Source of the DNA: a virus
Lineage: Duplodnaviria; Heunggongvirae; Uroviricota; Caudoviricetes
Length of the DNA: 50,378 bases
Direction: 5' to 3' (one strand)
Virus record (IMG/VR): IMGVR_UViG_2562617057_000009
Span: 1 to 50,378 of that record
This document shows, piece by piece, positions 8,719 to 17,824 of the stretch. The stretch's first letter is position 1. The number at the start of each line of letters is the position of its first letter. Below the pieces are notes generated by a model that saw only the letters and a program-made list of their open reading frames with translations, made no database searches and was not told the origin of the DNA. The translations under genes were made by a program, and so were the position numbers.

Positions 8719-9432
8719 ATGGCAGTGAACACCGCAATTTTTAACGACAAAGTATCCATGACCAGCGTTGAAATCGCAGAGTTGGTGGGTAAACGTCATG
8801 ACAATGTGAAACGCACTATTGAAACATTAGCCAAAGGTGGCGTTGTCCGGTCTCCTCAAATTGAGGTTTCCGAAAGAATCAATAACTTAGGTTTTAAAGT
8901 TCAATATGAGCATTACCTGTTTGAAGGAGAGCAAGGTAAGCGCGACAGTATCATTGTCGTCGCACAGCTCTGTCCTGAATTTACTGCTCGCCTGGTAGAT
9001 CGCTGGCGCGAACTGGAAGAACAGATCCGTAAGCCAATGAGCGAAATCGAAATGGTTGCCGCGATGGCTCTTGAAGCAGTTCGTCAGCAAAAACGCCTCG
9101 ACAAGATGGAAGAAAAAGTCAGCCATGTTGCCGAAACAGTTGAGCAAATCAAAAAGGGTACCATTCGTGAGGGCTATGCCGGATATCGCCAGCTGAAAGC
9201 AAAAACCGGTATGTCAGATGCGAAATGTCGCAATCTGGTGAACGCATATCAGATCCCTACCGATACCCATGAATTTATGACGCCGGATGGATTGTTATCT
9301 CGTCGCGCGATTGTTGCTGTGGAACCGTTTATGGCTGCTTTTTATCGGGTTATGGAGGAAGCAGAACCGCGAGGGACTCGCTGGTATCACCCGAAAATGG
9401 GGTTATTTCAGGTTATTGGTTGGCAGAAATAA
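8719..9432 (+). CDS. Rha-family phage regulatory protein / antirepressor
   Basis: N-terminal Rha-like motif (SVEIAELVGKRHDNVKR); AAGGAG before the ATG at 8719; C-terminal domain shared with 2738-3487. Confidence 0.7.
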   Translation: MAVNTAIFNDKVSMTSVEIAELVGKRHDNVKRTIETLAKGGVVRSPQIEVSERINNLGFKVQYEHYLFEGEQGKRDSIIVVAQLCPEFTARLVDRWRELEEQIRKPMSEIEMVAAMALEAVRQQKRLDKMEEKVSHVAETVEQIKKGTIREGYAGYRQLKAKTGMSDAKCRNLVNAYQIPTDTHEFMTPDGLLSRRAIVAVEPFMAAFYRVMEEAEPRGTRWYHPKMGLFQVIGWQK

Positions 9433-9484
9433 GAAAGGCCGGCAGAGAAAACCGGCCAGTCGGGTTTATCGTCGGAGATATTAC

Positions 9485-10309
9485 GTGAAAAACAATATCA
9501 AAGTTTTCGATTTTAAATCAAGCACTGGTGAATTGTTGTCATCAGTTCGTAGTGTGGTCATTGATTCAACACCATGGTTTTTTGCCGTGGATATATGTAA
9601 CGCGCTGGGGCTGACAAATACTGCTATCTCCCTTCAGTCCATCGATGATGAAGATAAAACCGAATATAAGGATTACTTAGGTTCGGGACGTAAGCCTTTG
9701 CTGGTCAATGAATCCGGGCTCTATGCGCTGATTATCAAAAGTCGAAAAAAACAGGCAAGACGTTTTAAACGGTGGATTACATCGGAGGTAATTCCCTCAA
9801 TTCGTAAAACGGGGAATTACTGTCTTACCACAATGGCATCCCTACCAGATTTTAGCGATCCGGCTGCTGCTGCCCGTGCCTGGGCGGACGAATATGAGGC
9901 TAAAAACAGAGCAATTAGTTACGTTCATCGTCAGGCCCAATACATCGAACATCTGGAAAATTTATTCCAGCCTGGCATGACACCGGTTCAGTTCTGCAAG
10001 CAACTTAATGGAGTAAATGTTCAGCGCATCACAGCATTTCTGGAGGCTCACAACTGGCTTTATGACGAGCGTCCTGAATCGCGAAGCCCCGCATGGCGTG
10101 TAAAGGCATATGCCCGAGATCTGTATCTGACCGAACGTCACCACTATATCGATTCAGGTTATGAAGAAGGGTTTTATTCGTACACACCAGTTCTTCTCCA
10201 GAAAGGGGCGGTCTGGATTTATCGCCAGTATCTTAGAGGTGCATTACCCATGAAGAGAAACTGGAATGGCGAATTTACTCACGATAAAGAACTGGCGGGT
10301 GCTGCATGA
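9485..10309 (+). CDS. Bro-N / KilAC-type antirepressor
   Basis: Bro-N-like N-terminus (WFFAVDICNALGLTN) and antirepressor-like C-terminal half; GTG start after GGAGA. Confidence 0.7.
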   Translation: MKNNIKVFDFKSSTGELLSSVRSVVIDSTPWFFAVDICNALGLTNTAISLQSIDDEDKTEYKDYLGSGRKPLLVNESGLYALIIKSRKKQARRFKRWITSEVIPSIRKTGNYCLTTMASLPDFSDPAAAARAWADEYEAKNRAISYVHRQAQYIEHLENLFQPGMTPVQFCKQLNGVNVQRITAFLEAHNWLYDERPESRSPAWRVKAYARDLYLTERHHYIDSGYEEGFYSYTPVLLQKGAVWIYRQYLRGALPMKRNWNGEFTHDKELAGAA

Positions 10310-10965
10310 TTGTTCTCCAAGATATTGATTCTGCAATTTCGGGACGTTACACTGTCTCTGCCCCTTATAAAGCGGGGGCCGGGATTGGAACCCCGGAATT
10401 GATCGAGGCGATATACGACGCGCCAGCGTCTTTTTTATCGTCCGCGCTCACGCACGCCAGAATTATGGTGGGCTGGGCAGGGGAGCCGAAAGGCTCGCCG
10501 GTTTCCTTGATCGCCGGTAGTTCCAACCCTGTTCAGTCCGCCACCAGCGAGCTTGGAACCTCCGGTGGTGGAAGTTTTTCACCGATCAAGGAGGCTGCCA
10601 TCATGGCTACGATCCCAGTTTCCCCATTCCTCAAAATCGAAGTCGTCAACGGCAAGGCCGTTATTTTCTCTTTGCATGTAGCCTGCCATTTCAAGCGCAT
10701 GCACCAGAACATCGTCGACAAAATCGAGTATCTGAACTGCTCGCGCGAATTTTTTACCCGCAATTTCATACCGGGTACTTACCACATCTATGACGACTCT
10801 CTGCGTGGTTATTACATCACCCTTGATGGTCTGATGCTGCTTCAGCTTGGGTTAAGTCTGCGCACAATGCGGTACTACGAGAGTTGCATTGAAGCGTTCC
10901 ATGAGGCTGAAACCGTCCAGGTGCATTCCGCTTTCCGTCGTCATCAACGGGAGGTGCACCTATGA
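10306..10965 (+). CDS. module 1: Rha-like domain protein; the 5' ~300 nt of the ORF is a structured leader (alternative start ATG 10603 after AAGGAGG gives a 120-aa protein)
   Basis: C-terminal 120 aa are Rha-like; ORF start overlaps the upstream stop (ATGA). Confidence 0.55.
   Translation: MIVLQDIDSAISGRYTVSAPYKAGAGIGTPELIEAIYDAPASFLSSALTHARIMVGWAGEPKGSPVSLIAGSSNPVQSATSELGTSGGGSFSPIKEAAIMATIPVSPFLKIEVVNGKAVIFSLHVACHFKRMHQNIVDKIEYLNCSREFFTRNFIPGTYHIYDDSLRGYYITLDGLMLLQLGLSLRTMRYYESCIEAFHEAETVQVHSAFRRHQREVHL
10356..10602 (+). ncRNA. candidate c4/ImmI-like antisense regulatory element, copy 1
   Basis: Hairpin gcccc/ggggc (10360-10379), hairpin plus U-tract 10417-10436, GAAA-tetraloop hairpin 10480-10499, loop CCTTGATCG complementary to the SD region CGATCAAGG (10583-10591), GTTCCAA complementary to TTGGAAC at 10385 and 10553. 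Confidence 0.5.
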
Positions 10966-11621
10966 TCCGCTACCTGAATATTGATTCTGCAATTTCGGGA
11001 CGTTACACTGTCTCCGCACCTTATAAAGCGGGTGCCGGGATTTGCACCCCGGAATTGTCAACGGCGATATACGACGCGCCAGCGTCTTTTTTATCGTCCG
11101 CGCTCACGCACGCCAGAATTATGGTGGGCTGGGCAGGGGAGCCGAAAGGCTCGCCGGTCTCCGTTGACGCCGGTAGTGCAAACCCTGTTCAGTCCGCCAC
11201 CAGCGAGATTTGCACCTCCGGTGGTGGAAGTTTTCCACAGTCAACGGAGGCTGCCATCATGGCTACAGTCCCAACCCACTCATTCCTCAAAATTGAGACC
11301 GTCAACGGCAAGGCCGTTATTTTCTCTTTGCATGTGGCCTGCCACTTTAAGCGCATGCACCAGAACATCGTCGACAAAATCGAGTATCTGAACTGCTCGC
11401 GCGAATTTTTTACCCGCAATTTCATACCGGGTACTTACCACATCTATGACGACTCTCTGCGTGGTTATTACATCACCCTTGATGGTCTGATGCTGCTTCA
11501 GCTTGGGTTAAGTCTGCGCACAATGCGGTACTACGAGAGTTGCATTGAAGCGTTCCATGAGGCTGAAACCGTCCAGGTGCATTCCGCTTTCCGTCGTCAT
11601 CAACGGGAGGTGCACCTATGA
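10962..11621 (+). CDS. module 2: Rha-like domain protein (alternative start ATG 11259)
   Basis: Paralog of module 1; GGGAGGTG precedes the ATG, which overlaps the upstream stop. Confidence 0.55.
   Translation: MIRYLNIDSAISGRYTVSAPYKAGAGICTPELSTAIYDAPASFLSSALTHARIMVGWAGEPKGSPVSVDAGSANPVQSATSEICTSGGGSFPQSTEAAIMATVPTHSFLKIETVNGKAVIFSLHVACHFKRMHQNIVDKIEYLNCSREFFTRNFIPGTYHIYDDSLRGYYITLDGLMLLQLGLSLRTMRYYESCIEAFHEAETVQVHSAFRRHQREVHL
11012..11258 (+). ncRNA. candidate c4/ImmI-like antisense regulatory element, copy 2 (different specificity)
   Basis: Same architecture with compensatory changes: gcacc/ggtgc, TTTGCAC/GTGCAAA, CCGTTGACG versus GTCAACGG at the SD. Confidence 0.5.
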
Positions 11622-12478
11622 TCCGCTACCTGAATATTGATTCTGCAATTCCGGGACGTTACACTGTCTCTGCACCTTATAAAGCGGGTGCCGGGATTGG
11701 CGTCCTGAAATTCAATATAGAGCATAACCGCGCTCATGCGGTTTTTTCGTGTCATGAGCATTGCTACGCCCAAATTATGGTGGGGCGTGCAGGGGCATCG
11801 CAAGATGCGCCGGGTTCTATGTTGACCGGTTACGCCAACCCTGTACGTCTCACCACCTCTGTGATTGGCGTCCCATGTGGTGAGTTCTTTGAATTCAACA
11901 TAGGGGCTGTCACCATGACTACTCTCCCAACCCTCTCTCAACCTGAAATTGCCATCGTTGATGGTCAGGCTGTTACTTCATCCCTGGCTGTTGCCAACTT
12001 CTTCTCTAAACGTCATGACGATGTTCTGAAAAAGATCCGCATTTTGGATTGTTCTCCAGAGTTTTGTGCCCGCAATTTTGCGGAGACATCAATTTTGGTA
12101 CGCCAGCCCAACGGCGGTACTCGCAAACTTCCCTGCTACCAAATCACCCGCGACGGCTTCGCCTTCCTTGCTATGGGCTTCACTGGTAAACGTGCCGCCC
12201 GGTTCAAAGAGGCATACATCAATGCCTTTAACCAGATGGAGAGGAGCTTATCAGGAGCTGGTGCGGCTGACATGTCATCTGTCGCACAAAACGCCAGAGG
12301 CGTATACCTGCATTTGCGTGAAATCCATCAAATCTGGACAAGCCAGCTTTACCCAATGCTTAAGGCCGTTGAATCTCCGCTGGCTGGCAAACTGTACGAC
12401 CGTGTAGGTGATGCTGTTTTTGGTGCTGCACTTGTTGATTCCAGGCTGAATGGTTCTGACAAGGAGGTGCGCCCATGA
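11618..12478 (+). CDS. module 3: full Rha-family regulatory protein (alternative start ATG 11915)
   Basis: Rha-like motif (VTSSLAVANFFSKRHDDVLKKIR); diverged leader of the same design. Confidence 0.6.
   Translation: MIRYLNIDSAIPGRYTVSAPYKAGAGIGVLKFNIEHNRAHAVFSCHEHCYAQIMVGRAGASQDAPGSMLTGYANPVRLTTSVIGVPCGEFFEFNIGAVTMTTLPTLSQPEIAIVDGQAVTSSLAVANFFSKRHDDVLKKIRILDCSPEFCARNFAETSILVRQPNGGTRKLPCYQITRDGFAFLAMGFTGKRAARFKEAYINAFNQMERSLSGAGAADMSSVAQNARGVYLHLREIHQIWTSQLYPMLKAVESPLAGKLYDRVGDAVFGAALVDSRLNGSDKEVRP
11667..11914 (+). ncRNA. candidate c4/ImmI-like antisense regulatory element, copy 3 (third specificity)
   Basis: Terminator-like hairpin aaccgc/gcggtt plus U-run at 11726-11749, GCAA-tetraloop hairpin, TTGGCGT/ACGCCAA pairing, loop CTATGTTGA complementary to TCAACATAG next to the SD. 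Confidence 0.45.
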
Positions 12479-12708
12479 TCCGCCACATCGTTAATTTCCT
12501 GTATCACCGATACAACCATTGCCCCCGTGTGGGGCAGTGGTTCACCACCAGCAACGGCTACGTTCTGCGGGTTTGCCTGGTCAGTACCGAAAGCCAGAAG
12601 GTTGTCTGCCAGGTTCAGGGACGTACTCATACCCTGAGTTATCCGCTGGTGGCGTTTCAGTCCGGAAAAATGTTTAAACGCCTGGGAGGTGGCTATGCGT
12701 CCGTCTGA
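12475..12708 (+). CDS. hypothetical 77-aa protein in the cII-equivalent position
   Basis: AAGGAGGTG before the ATG, which overlaps the upstream stop. Confidence 0.4.
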   Translation: MIRHIVNFLYHRYNHCPRVGQWFTTSNGYVLRVCLVSTESQKVVCQVQGRTHTLSYPLVAFQSGKMFKRLGGGYASV

Positions 12709-13603
12709 TCTTCTGCTCGATTTTGGACATCCGGTTGCTTATTACCCTGGGCTCGTTAAATACATGGGAAGTCCGCACGCTGTTATTTTCTTTGGTCAGA
12801 TTTTTTACTGGCAGGATAAAGCACATGCAGCGGAAGGCGTACATAAAACGCGTGAAGAGATACAACACGAAACCGGACTTACATTTGAACAACAGGCTGT
12901 AGCGCGTAAGCATCTTGTGTCCAGAGGCATTTTGGTTGAAACCAACAAGCGTCTTGAGCACAAAATGTTCTACCGTATAGATTGTGAGCGCCTTAATGAA
13001 ATTATCAATGAAAACAATCAGTTTTCCCGAAATGGGGAAACCCGTTTTCGGGAAACTGTAAAACCCAATTTCGCGGAGGAGGGAAAGCCTTCACCGCGGA
13101 CACGGGAAACCCCTCGCCGCGGAGAAGGGAAAACCAATTTCGATCTTACAGAGAATACAACAGAGATTACTTCAGAGAATACTACAGAGAGTAAAAACAC
13201 TATTGGCGCATCCGCTGACGCGTCTGCACCAGCGCGTTCTTCCCGACAGGAATATTCACCGGAATTTGAACAGGCCTGGCAGGAATATCCAAAACGTGCT
13301 GGTGGTAACTCAAAATCCGCAGCCTTCAAAGCCTGGAAAGCCCGGCTCAGGGAGGGAATAAAACCTGAAGCCATGCTTGATGGCGTGAAACGCTATGCTG
13401 CCTGGGTACGTGCCACAGGAAATACCGGCACACAGTTCGTGAAGCAGGCTGCGACGTTCTTTGGACCCGATCGTCACTTCGAAGACTTCTGGCAACAGCC
13501 AGCCGCTCCCGGAGGTGGGCGACAGCGACAGGTCGATGTCCTGGCTGGCCTGGGAGCCATGTCTGACAAATTCGGTAAATCCAGTGACAAACTGACATTC
13601 TGA
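12695..13603 (+). CDS. phage replication initiation protein (O-like, DnaT-like C-terminus)
   Basis: Sits directly upstream of the DnaC-like and DnaB-like genes; internal iteron cluster. Confidence 0.65.
   Translation: MRPSDLLLDFGHPVAYYPGLVKYMGSPHAVIFFGQIFYWQDKAHAAEGVHKTREEIQHETGLTFEQQAVARKHLVSRGILVETNKRLEHKMFYRIDCERLNEIINENNQFSRNGETRFRETVKPNFAEEGKPSPRTRETPRRGEGKTNFDLTENTTEITSENTTESKNTIGASADASAPARSSRQEYSPEFEQAWQEYPKRAGGNSKSAAFKAWKARLREGIKPEAMLDGVKRYAAWVRATGNTGTQFVKQAATFFGPDRHFEDFWQQPAAPGGGRQRQVDVLAGLGAMSDKFGKSSDKLTF
13020..13195. repeat. putative replication origin iterons (GGGAAAC x4-5, then ACAGAGA-type repeats) inside the initiator gene
   Basis: Spaced direct repeats in the linker region of the initiator gene, as lambda ori lies inside O. 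Confidence 0.45.
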
Positions 13604-13604
13604 G

Positions 13605-14492
13605 GTGACAGCGATGATGACGTTTAACCTGCGTGAACAACAAAAAAGACTACAGGCGCGAATGGATGAGTTACGGGCAGAGATTGCATTTGCTCAGAAG
13701 GGCGAAAAGCCATGGCCTTATCGTTCCTGCCTGATGCGTGAAGGTCGCGGATATTGCGAAAAACATGGCGAATATCACACGCATATACTGGTGTGGAGCG
13801 ATCGTAATGGTGAGGACAGAGAAAAAATTTCATGCTGCCCTGACTGCTTAATCGCTGAGGCCAACGATTTGACCATGGAGCTGTCGTCCATCAAGGCGGA
13901 AGAGCTGACTGATAACGCCGGAATTGCCCTGCGTTTTCGGGACTGCGAGTTTGATAATTATCTGGAGGTTAATCCTGACGCAGCCAGAAATCTTGCGGCC
14001 TGTCGCCGCTATGCGGAGAACTGGCCAGATATGCTGGAGAACGGTACCAGTCTTGTTATGACCGGCAGTTGTGGTACCGGAAAAAATCATCTGGCTGTGG
14101 CTATGGCAAAACACATCATCCGTAACTATCTGGCCAGTGTGGAGATCACCGACGTGATGCGCCTTACCCGTGCTGTGAAAAATTGCTGGCGGAATGACAG
14201 CGAAAAAACAGCGGATGAAGTTATTGAGCGTTATGCGTCAATGGGTTTGCTGATCATCGACGAAGTTGGCGTTCAGTTTGGCAGCGCGGCTGAAATGGCT
14301 ATTTTGCAGGAAATTATCAACGCCAGGTACGAAAGTATCTTGCCCACCATTCTGATCAGTAACCTCTCACCGGAAGAGTTGTGGGCGTTCATCAGTCCCC
14401 GAATTGCCGACAGGATCACAGACGGGGGACGCAACTGGTTGTCGTTTAACTGGCCCAGTTACCGTTCTCGTATCAGAGGTGTGGCTGCATGA
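13605..14492 (+). CDS. DnaC-like helicase loader (AAA+ ATPase)
   Basis: Walker A GSCGTGKNHLA and Walker B LLIIDEVG. Confidence 0.85.
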   Translation: MTAMMTFNLREQQKRLQARMDELRAEIAFAQKGEKPWPYRSCLMREGRGYCEKHGEYHTHILVWSDRNGEDREKISCCPDCLIAEANDLTMELSSIKAEELTDNAGIALRFRDCEFDNYLEVNPDAARNLAACRRYAENWPDMLENGTSLVMTGSCGTGKNHLAVAMAKHIIRNYLASVEITDVMRLTRAVKNCWRNDSEKTADEVIERYASMGLLIIDEVGVQFGSAAEMAILQEIINARYESILPTILISNLSPEELWAFISPRIADRITDGGRNWLSFNWPSYRSRIRGVAA

Positions 14493-15880
14493 CAACTCCA
14501 GTATGGCGTAACGATGACCTTGAAGGCGCTGTCATCGGCGCGTTCTTTCTGCGCGGAGCAGATCCTGAAGTGATGGATATTCTGGCCACACTGCCAGCGG
14601 ACGTTTTTTCTGTACGAGCGTATCAGGATATCTATACAGGCATCTGCAGACAGGCCCGTGTTTCAGGAGTGATTGACCCCGTGCTGTTGTGTAATGAGAT
14701 GCCGGAACTTGCCCCGGTGATTACTGATACCGGGCGTAAAACCTGGGTGAAGTCTTCACTGGAGCACTATGTTGCAGCGTTGCGGCGCAATGCCGCACTG
14801 CGCGATGCAGAAAAAACACTGAATGAGGCGCTGCAGAAATTACGTGATGCGCATACCTGTGAAGCAGCTGAAGATGCCCTGAAGGATGCGCAGAACATGA
14901 TGGTCACACTGTCGACAGGAAAGGGCGTCATTCAGCCGGTACATATTGATGATGTGCTTCCGGAAGTGGTTGAGCGTGTTGAATGCCGGAATCAGGGGCT
15001 GGAGAAATCCAGGACGTTGATGACCGGTATTGATGAACTGGACGCAAAAACAGGCGGTATGGAGCCCGGAGACCTGGTATTCATTGCCGCCCGTCCTTCG
15101 ATGGGGAAAACCGAACTTGCGCTGGACATCATCGACAAGGTGACTGAGCAGGGGCATGGTGTGCTTCTGTTCACCATGGAGATGGCGAACATCCAGATTG
15201 GTGAACGTATGGTGTCTGCGGCTGGAGGGATGCCAGTATCACGCCTGAAATCTGTGGCTCACTTTGAAGATGAAGACTGGACGCGTTTCTCACAAGGGGT
15301 GGGGCGGATGACCGGGCGCAATATCTGGATGGTGGACCAGGCGAACCTGGCCATTGATGAGATATGCGCAACAACGAAACACCACCTGATTAAATATCCG
15401 GAAACGGCGCTGGTGGTGGTTGATTATCTCGGGCTGATAAAAACCCGAACCACGGGGCGTCATGACCTTGCCGTGGGTGAAATCTCAAAGGGGCTTAAAG
15501 GCCTGGCAAAATCCGGTGGTTTTCCGTTGATTGCGCTGAGCCAGCTCTCCCGCGGTGTGGAGTCCAGACCCAATAAACGTCCCATGAACTCAGACCTGAA
15601 AAATTCCGGAGAAATAGAGGCGGATGCAGACATCATTCTGATGCTTTACAGGGATGAAGTGTACAACCCGGATACGCAGGCCAGGGGCATCGCAGAAATC
15701 AATATCACGAAACAACGTAACGGTTCTCTGGGAACGATTTACCGGCGTTTTTATAACGGACATTTTCTGCCTGTGGACCAGGAAAGTGCACGGGTGCTTT
15801 CCACTCCCATGAAGCCCGGCAATCCGCGCAGATACAGTAATAAACGAACTGACAGCAGTAAGATGGAGCGTTTCTTTTGA
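14489..15880 (+). CDS. DnaB-like replicative DNA helicase
   Basis: 463 aa with Walker A ARPSMGKTELAL and DnaB-like C-terminal motifs. Confidence 0.85.
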   Translation: MTTPVWRNDDLEGAVIGAFFLRGADPEVMDILATLPADVFSVRAYQDIYTGICRQARVSGVIDPVLLCNEMPELAPVITDTGRKTWVKSSLEHYVAALRRNAALRDAEKTLNEALQKLRDAHTCEAAEDALKDAQNMMVTLSTGKGVIQPVHIDDVLPEVVERVECRNQGLEKSRTLMTGIDELDAKTGGMEPGDLVFIAARPSMGKTELALDIIDKVTEQGHGVLLFTMEMANIQIGERMVSAAGGMPVSRLKSVAHFEDEDWTRFSQGVGRMTGRNIWMVDQANLAIDEICATTKHHLIKYPETALVVVDYLGLIKTRTTGRHDLAVGEISKGLKGLAKSGGFPLIALSQLSRGVESRPNKRPMNSDLKNSGEIEADADIILMLYRDEVYNPDTQARGIAEINITKQRNGSLGTIYRRFYNGHFLPVDQESARVLSTPMKPGNPRRYSNKRTDSSKMERFF

Positions 15881-16134
15881 ACAACCAGACAATGACTTTT
15901 ACCCCTGAACAATTGCGTAAACACGCGCAGGAAATGCTGCGTCATGCTGAACAACTCGAAAAAACGGGCATAACAAAAGATGCTATCCGTAAAGATATGG
16001 TACCCGCGCTTCGGGAACTGATGCAGGCGAAGCATCGCGCACAGAAAGCAGTAGATGAGCTGGTGGACTGTGTGGCAGAGCTGGAAACCAGAGTCGGAAA
16101 GTTTGAAAAACTGGTGCAGGAGGCGCTGCGCTGA
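15877..16134 (+). CDS. hypothetical small phage protein
   Basis: 85-aa ORF overlapping the helicase stop. Confidence 0.45.
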   Translation: MNNQTMTFTPEQLRKHAQEMLRHAEQLEKTGITKDAIRKDMVPALRELMQAKHRAQKAVDELVDCVAELETRVGKFEKLVQEALR

Positions 16135-16225
16135 TGCGCCATGAGTTTGTTTTGCCCTGGCTTGTGCGCGATCATTATGTCCCTGGTGGAAAGCCCGGGA
16201 TAAAAATCACCGAACCGGAGAGTAT

Positions 16226-16429
16226 TTGATGAGCGTCAAAATTCAAACGATACCGGAACTGCTTATCCAGACACGAGGTAATATGACCGAAGTTTCACGA
16301 ATGCTGAACTGTAATCGCGCCACGGTAAGAAAATATGCTGAAGATAAAGAGGGCAAAGGGCACGCCATTGTTGATGGTGTTCTGATTGTTCATCGTGGAT
16401 GGGACAGGGGTAAAGACAGTGATGCGTGA
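16226..16429 (+). CDS. ninH: NinH-like protein
   Basis: Pattern TIPELL...[34 protein letters not shown] matches lambda NinH as recalled. Confidence 0.65.
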   Translation: MMSVKIQTIPELLIQTRGNMTEVSRMLNCNRATVRKYAEDKEGKGHAIVDGVLIVHRGWDRGKDSDA

Positions 16430-16802
16430 TATTCAGCAGGTTCTTGAGCGCTGGGGCGCGTGGGTGGCTAATAATCATGAGGATGTGACCTGGTCGTCCA
16501 TTGCTGCCGGTTTTAAGGGATTAATCCCTTCAAAAGTAAAATCCCGCCCGCAATGCTGTGACGATGACGCGATGGTTATATGTGGGTGTATGGCCCGCCT
16601 TAACCGGAACAACAACGATCTACATGACTTGCTGGTTGACTACTACGTGTTTGGGATGACATTCATGACGCTGGCGCGGAAGCATGGATGCTCAGATGGT
16701 TATATAGGAAAGAAGCTACAAAAAGCCGAGGGGGTGGTGGAAGGAATGTTGATGATGTTGGGTGTCCGGTTAGAAATGGACAAATATATTGAACATCCCT
16801 GA
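16422..16802 (+). CDS. Q: late-gene antiterminator Q (933W/phage-21 type)
   Basis: [23 protein letters not shown]-terminus matches the recalled Stx-phage Q family; position before tRNAs and lysis genes. Confidence 0.7.
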   Translation: MRDIQQVLERWGAWVANNHEDVTWSSIAAGFKGLIPSKVKSRPQCCDDDAMVICGCMARLNRNNNDLHDLLVDYYVFGMTFMTLARKHGCSDGYIGKKLQKAEGVVEGMLMMLGVRLEMDKYIEHP

Positions 16803-16888
16803 TGGTAAGGGGCGACTTTCTAGAAAATATTTTACGTACGTAAAAAACGGGATATTCTGTTAAGAGTGGTTGCTTCGCCACACAGCTT

Positions 16889-16914
16889 AAACCCGCCTCC
16901 GGGCGGGTTTTTTA
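16889..16914 (+). terminator. intrinsic terminator (tR'-like) downstream of Q
   Basis: Hairpin acccgcc-tcc-gggcggg followed by TTTTTTA. Confidence 0.65.
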
Positions 16915-17001
16915 TGCCTGAAAAACGGTACAGGACGTTAAACACGCTGGTGGTCAGATGAGTTTGCAGATGTGATGACATATGGTTATTATTCTGCCTC
17001 C

Positions 17002-17078
17002 GGCCCTTTAGCTCAGTTGGTCAGAGCGAGCGACTCATAATCGCCAGGTCGCTGGTTCAAGTCCAGCAAGGGCCACCA
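17002..17078 (+). tRNA. ileZ: tRNA-Ile2-like (anticodon CAU, ileX/ileZ type)
   Basis: Cloverleaf with anticodon loop CTCATAA and 3' CCA; close to E. coli ileX as recalled. Confidence 0.75.
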
Positions 17079-17079
17079 A

Positions 17080-17156
17080 CCACCACTAGCTCATCCGGAT
17101 AGAGCATCAACCTTCTAAGTTGACGGTGCGAGGTTCGAGTCCTCGGTGGTGGGCCA
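17080..17156 (+). tRNA. argN: tRNA-Arg (anticodon UCU)
   Basis: Perfect 7-bp acceptor stem ccaccac/gtggtgg, anticodon loop CTTCTAA, CCA end. Confidence 0.75.
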
Positions 17157-17158
17157 GC

Positions 17159-17234
<76 letters not shown>

Positions 17235-17237
17235 TAT

Positions 17238-17312
<75 letters not shown>

Positions 17313-17604
17313 GTCAGAGTCTTTCAGTCTGCGATGATGGGAAATCCCGGAGTGACTGAAAGACGTTTAAGTTATGAATGATCGCCTTTTTTTGCAAAAT
17401 TGCTGTGCAGAAATACTAACCTTCGGGCGTGCGATCATTCATAAGCACTCTGCTTTTATTCCGATTAACTGTGGGTGGTTTGTTGGATAGAGTGCTTTCC
17501 TTACTGTATATATCGTTTCGCCCGCTTTTGCGTTTTTTTCTTTTCAAATCCCTTTCATTTCTCAGTGTAAAACTACGCCATCCGTTATTTGCGGAGGTGA
17601 GGCT

Positions 17605-17802
17605 ATGAAATCCATGGACAAAATTTCAACGGGCATTGCCTACGGCACCTCCGCCGGCAGTGCCGGCTACTGGTTTTTGCAGTGGTTGGATCAGGTCAGT
17701 CCATCACAGTGGGCTGCGATTGGTGTGCTGGGAAGTCTGCTTCTGGGGCTTCTGACTTATCTGACGAATCTGTATTTCAAAATTAAGAGAAGACAAGCGT
17801 AA
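17605..17802 (+). CDS. S: pinholin (phage 21 S21-type) with dual-start motif MKSM
   Basis: N-terminus [44 protein letters not shown] matches recalled S21; two transmembrane segments. Confidence 0.8.
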   Translation: MKSMDKISTGIAYGTSAGSAGYWFLQWLDQVSPSQWAAIGVLGSLLLGLLTYLTNLYFKIKRRQA

Positions 17803-17824
17803 GGCTGCACGGGGAGAGTAAATA

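Noticed and set aside
10306-11621. Reading the two near-identical 656-bp units as a simple recent tandem duplication
   Set aside because: The differences between copies are concentrated in mutually complementary positions and a third, more diverged copy keeps the same paired architecture, which indicates selection on pairing specificity rather than drift.
17313-17604. Possible stx genes downstream of the Q-tRNA cluster
   Set aside because: Only ~290 bp with no ORF separates the last tRNA from the holin; no Shiga toxin A or B subunit coding sequence is present.
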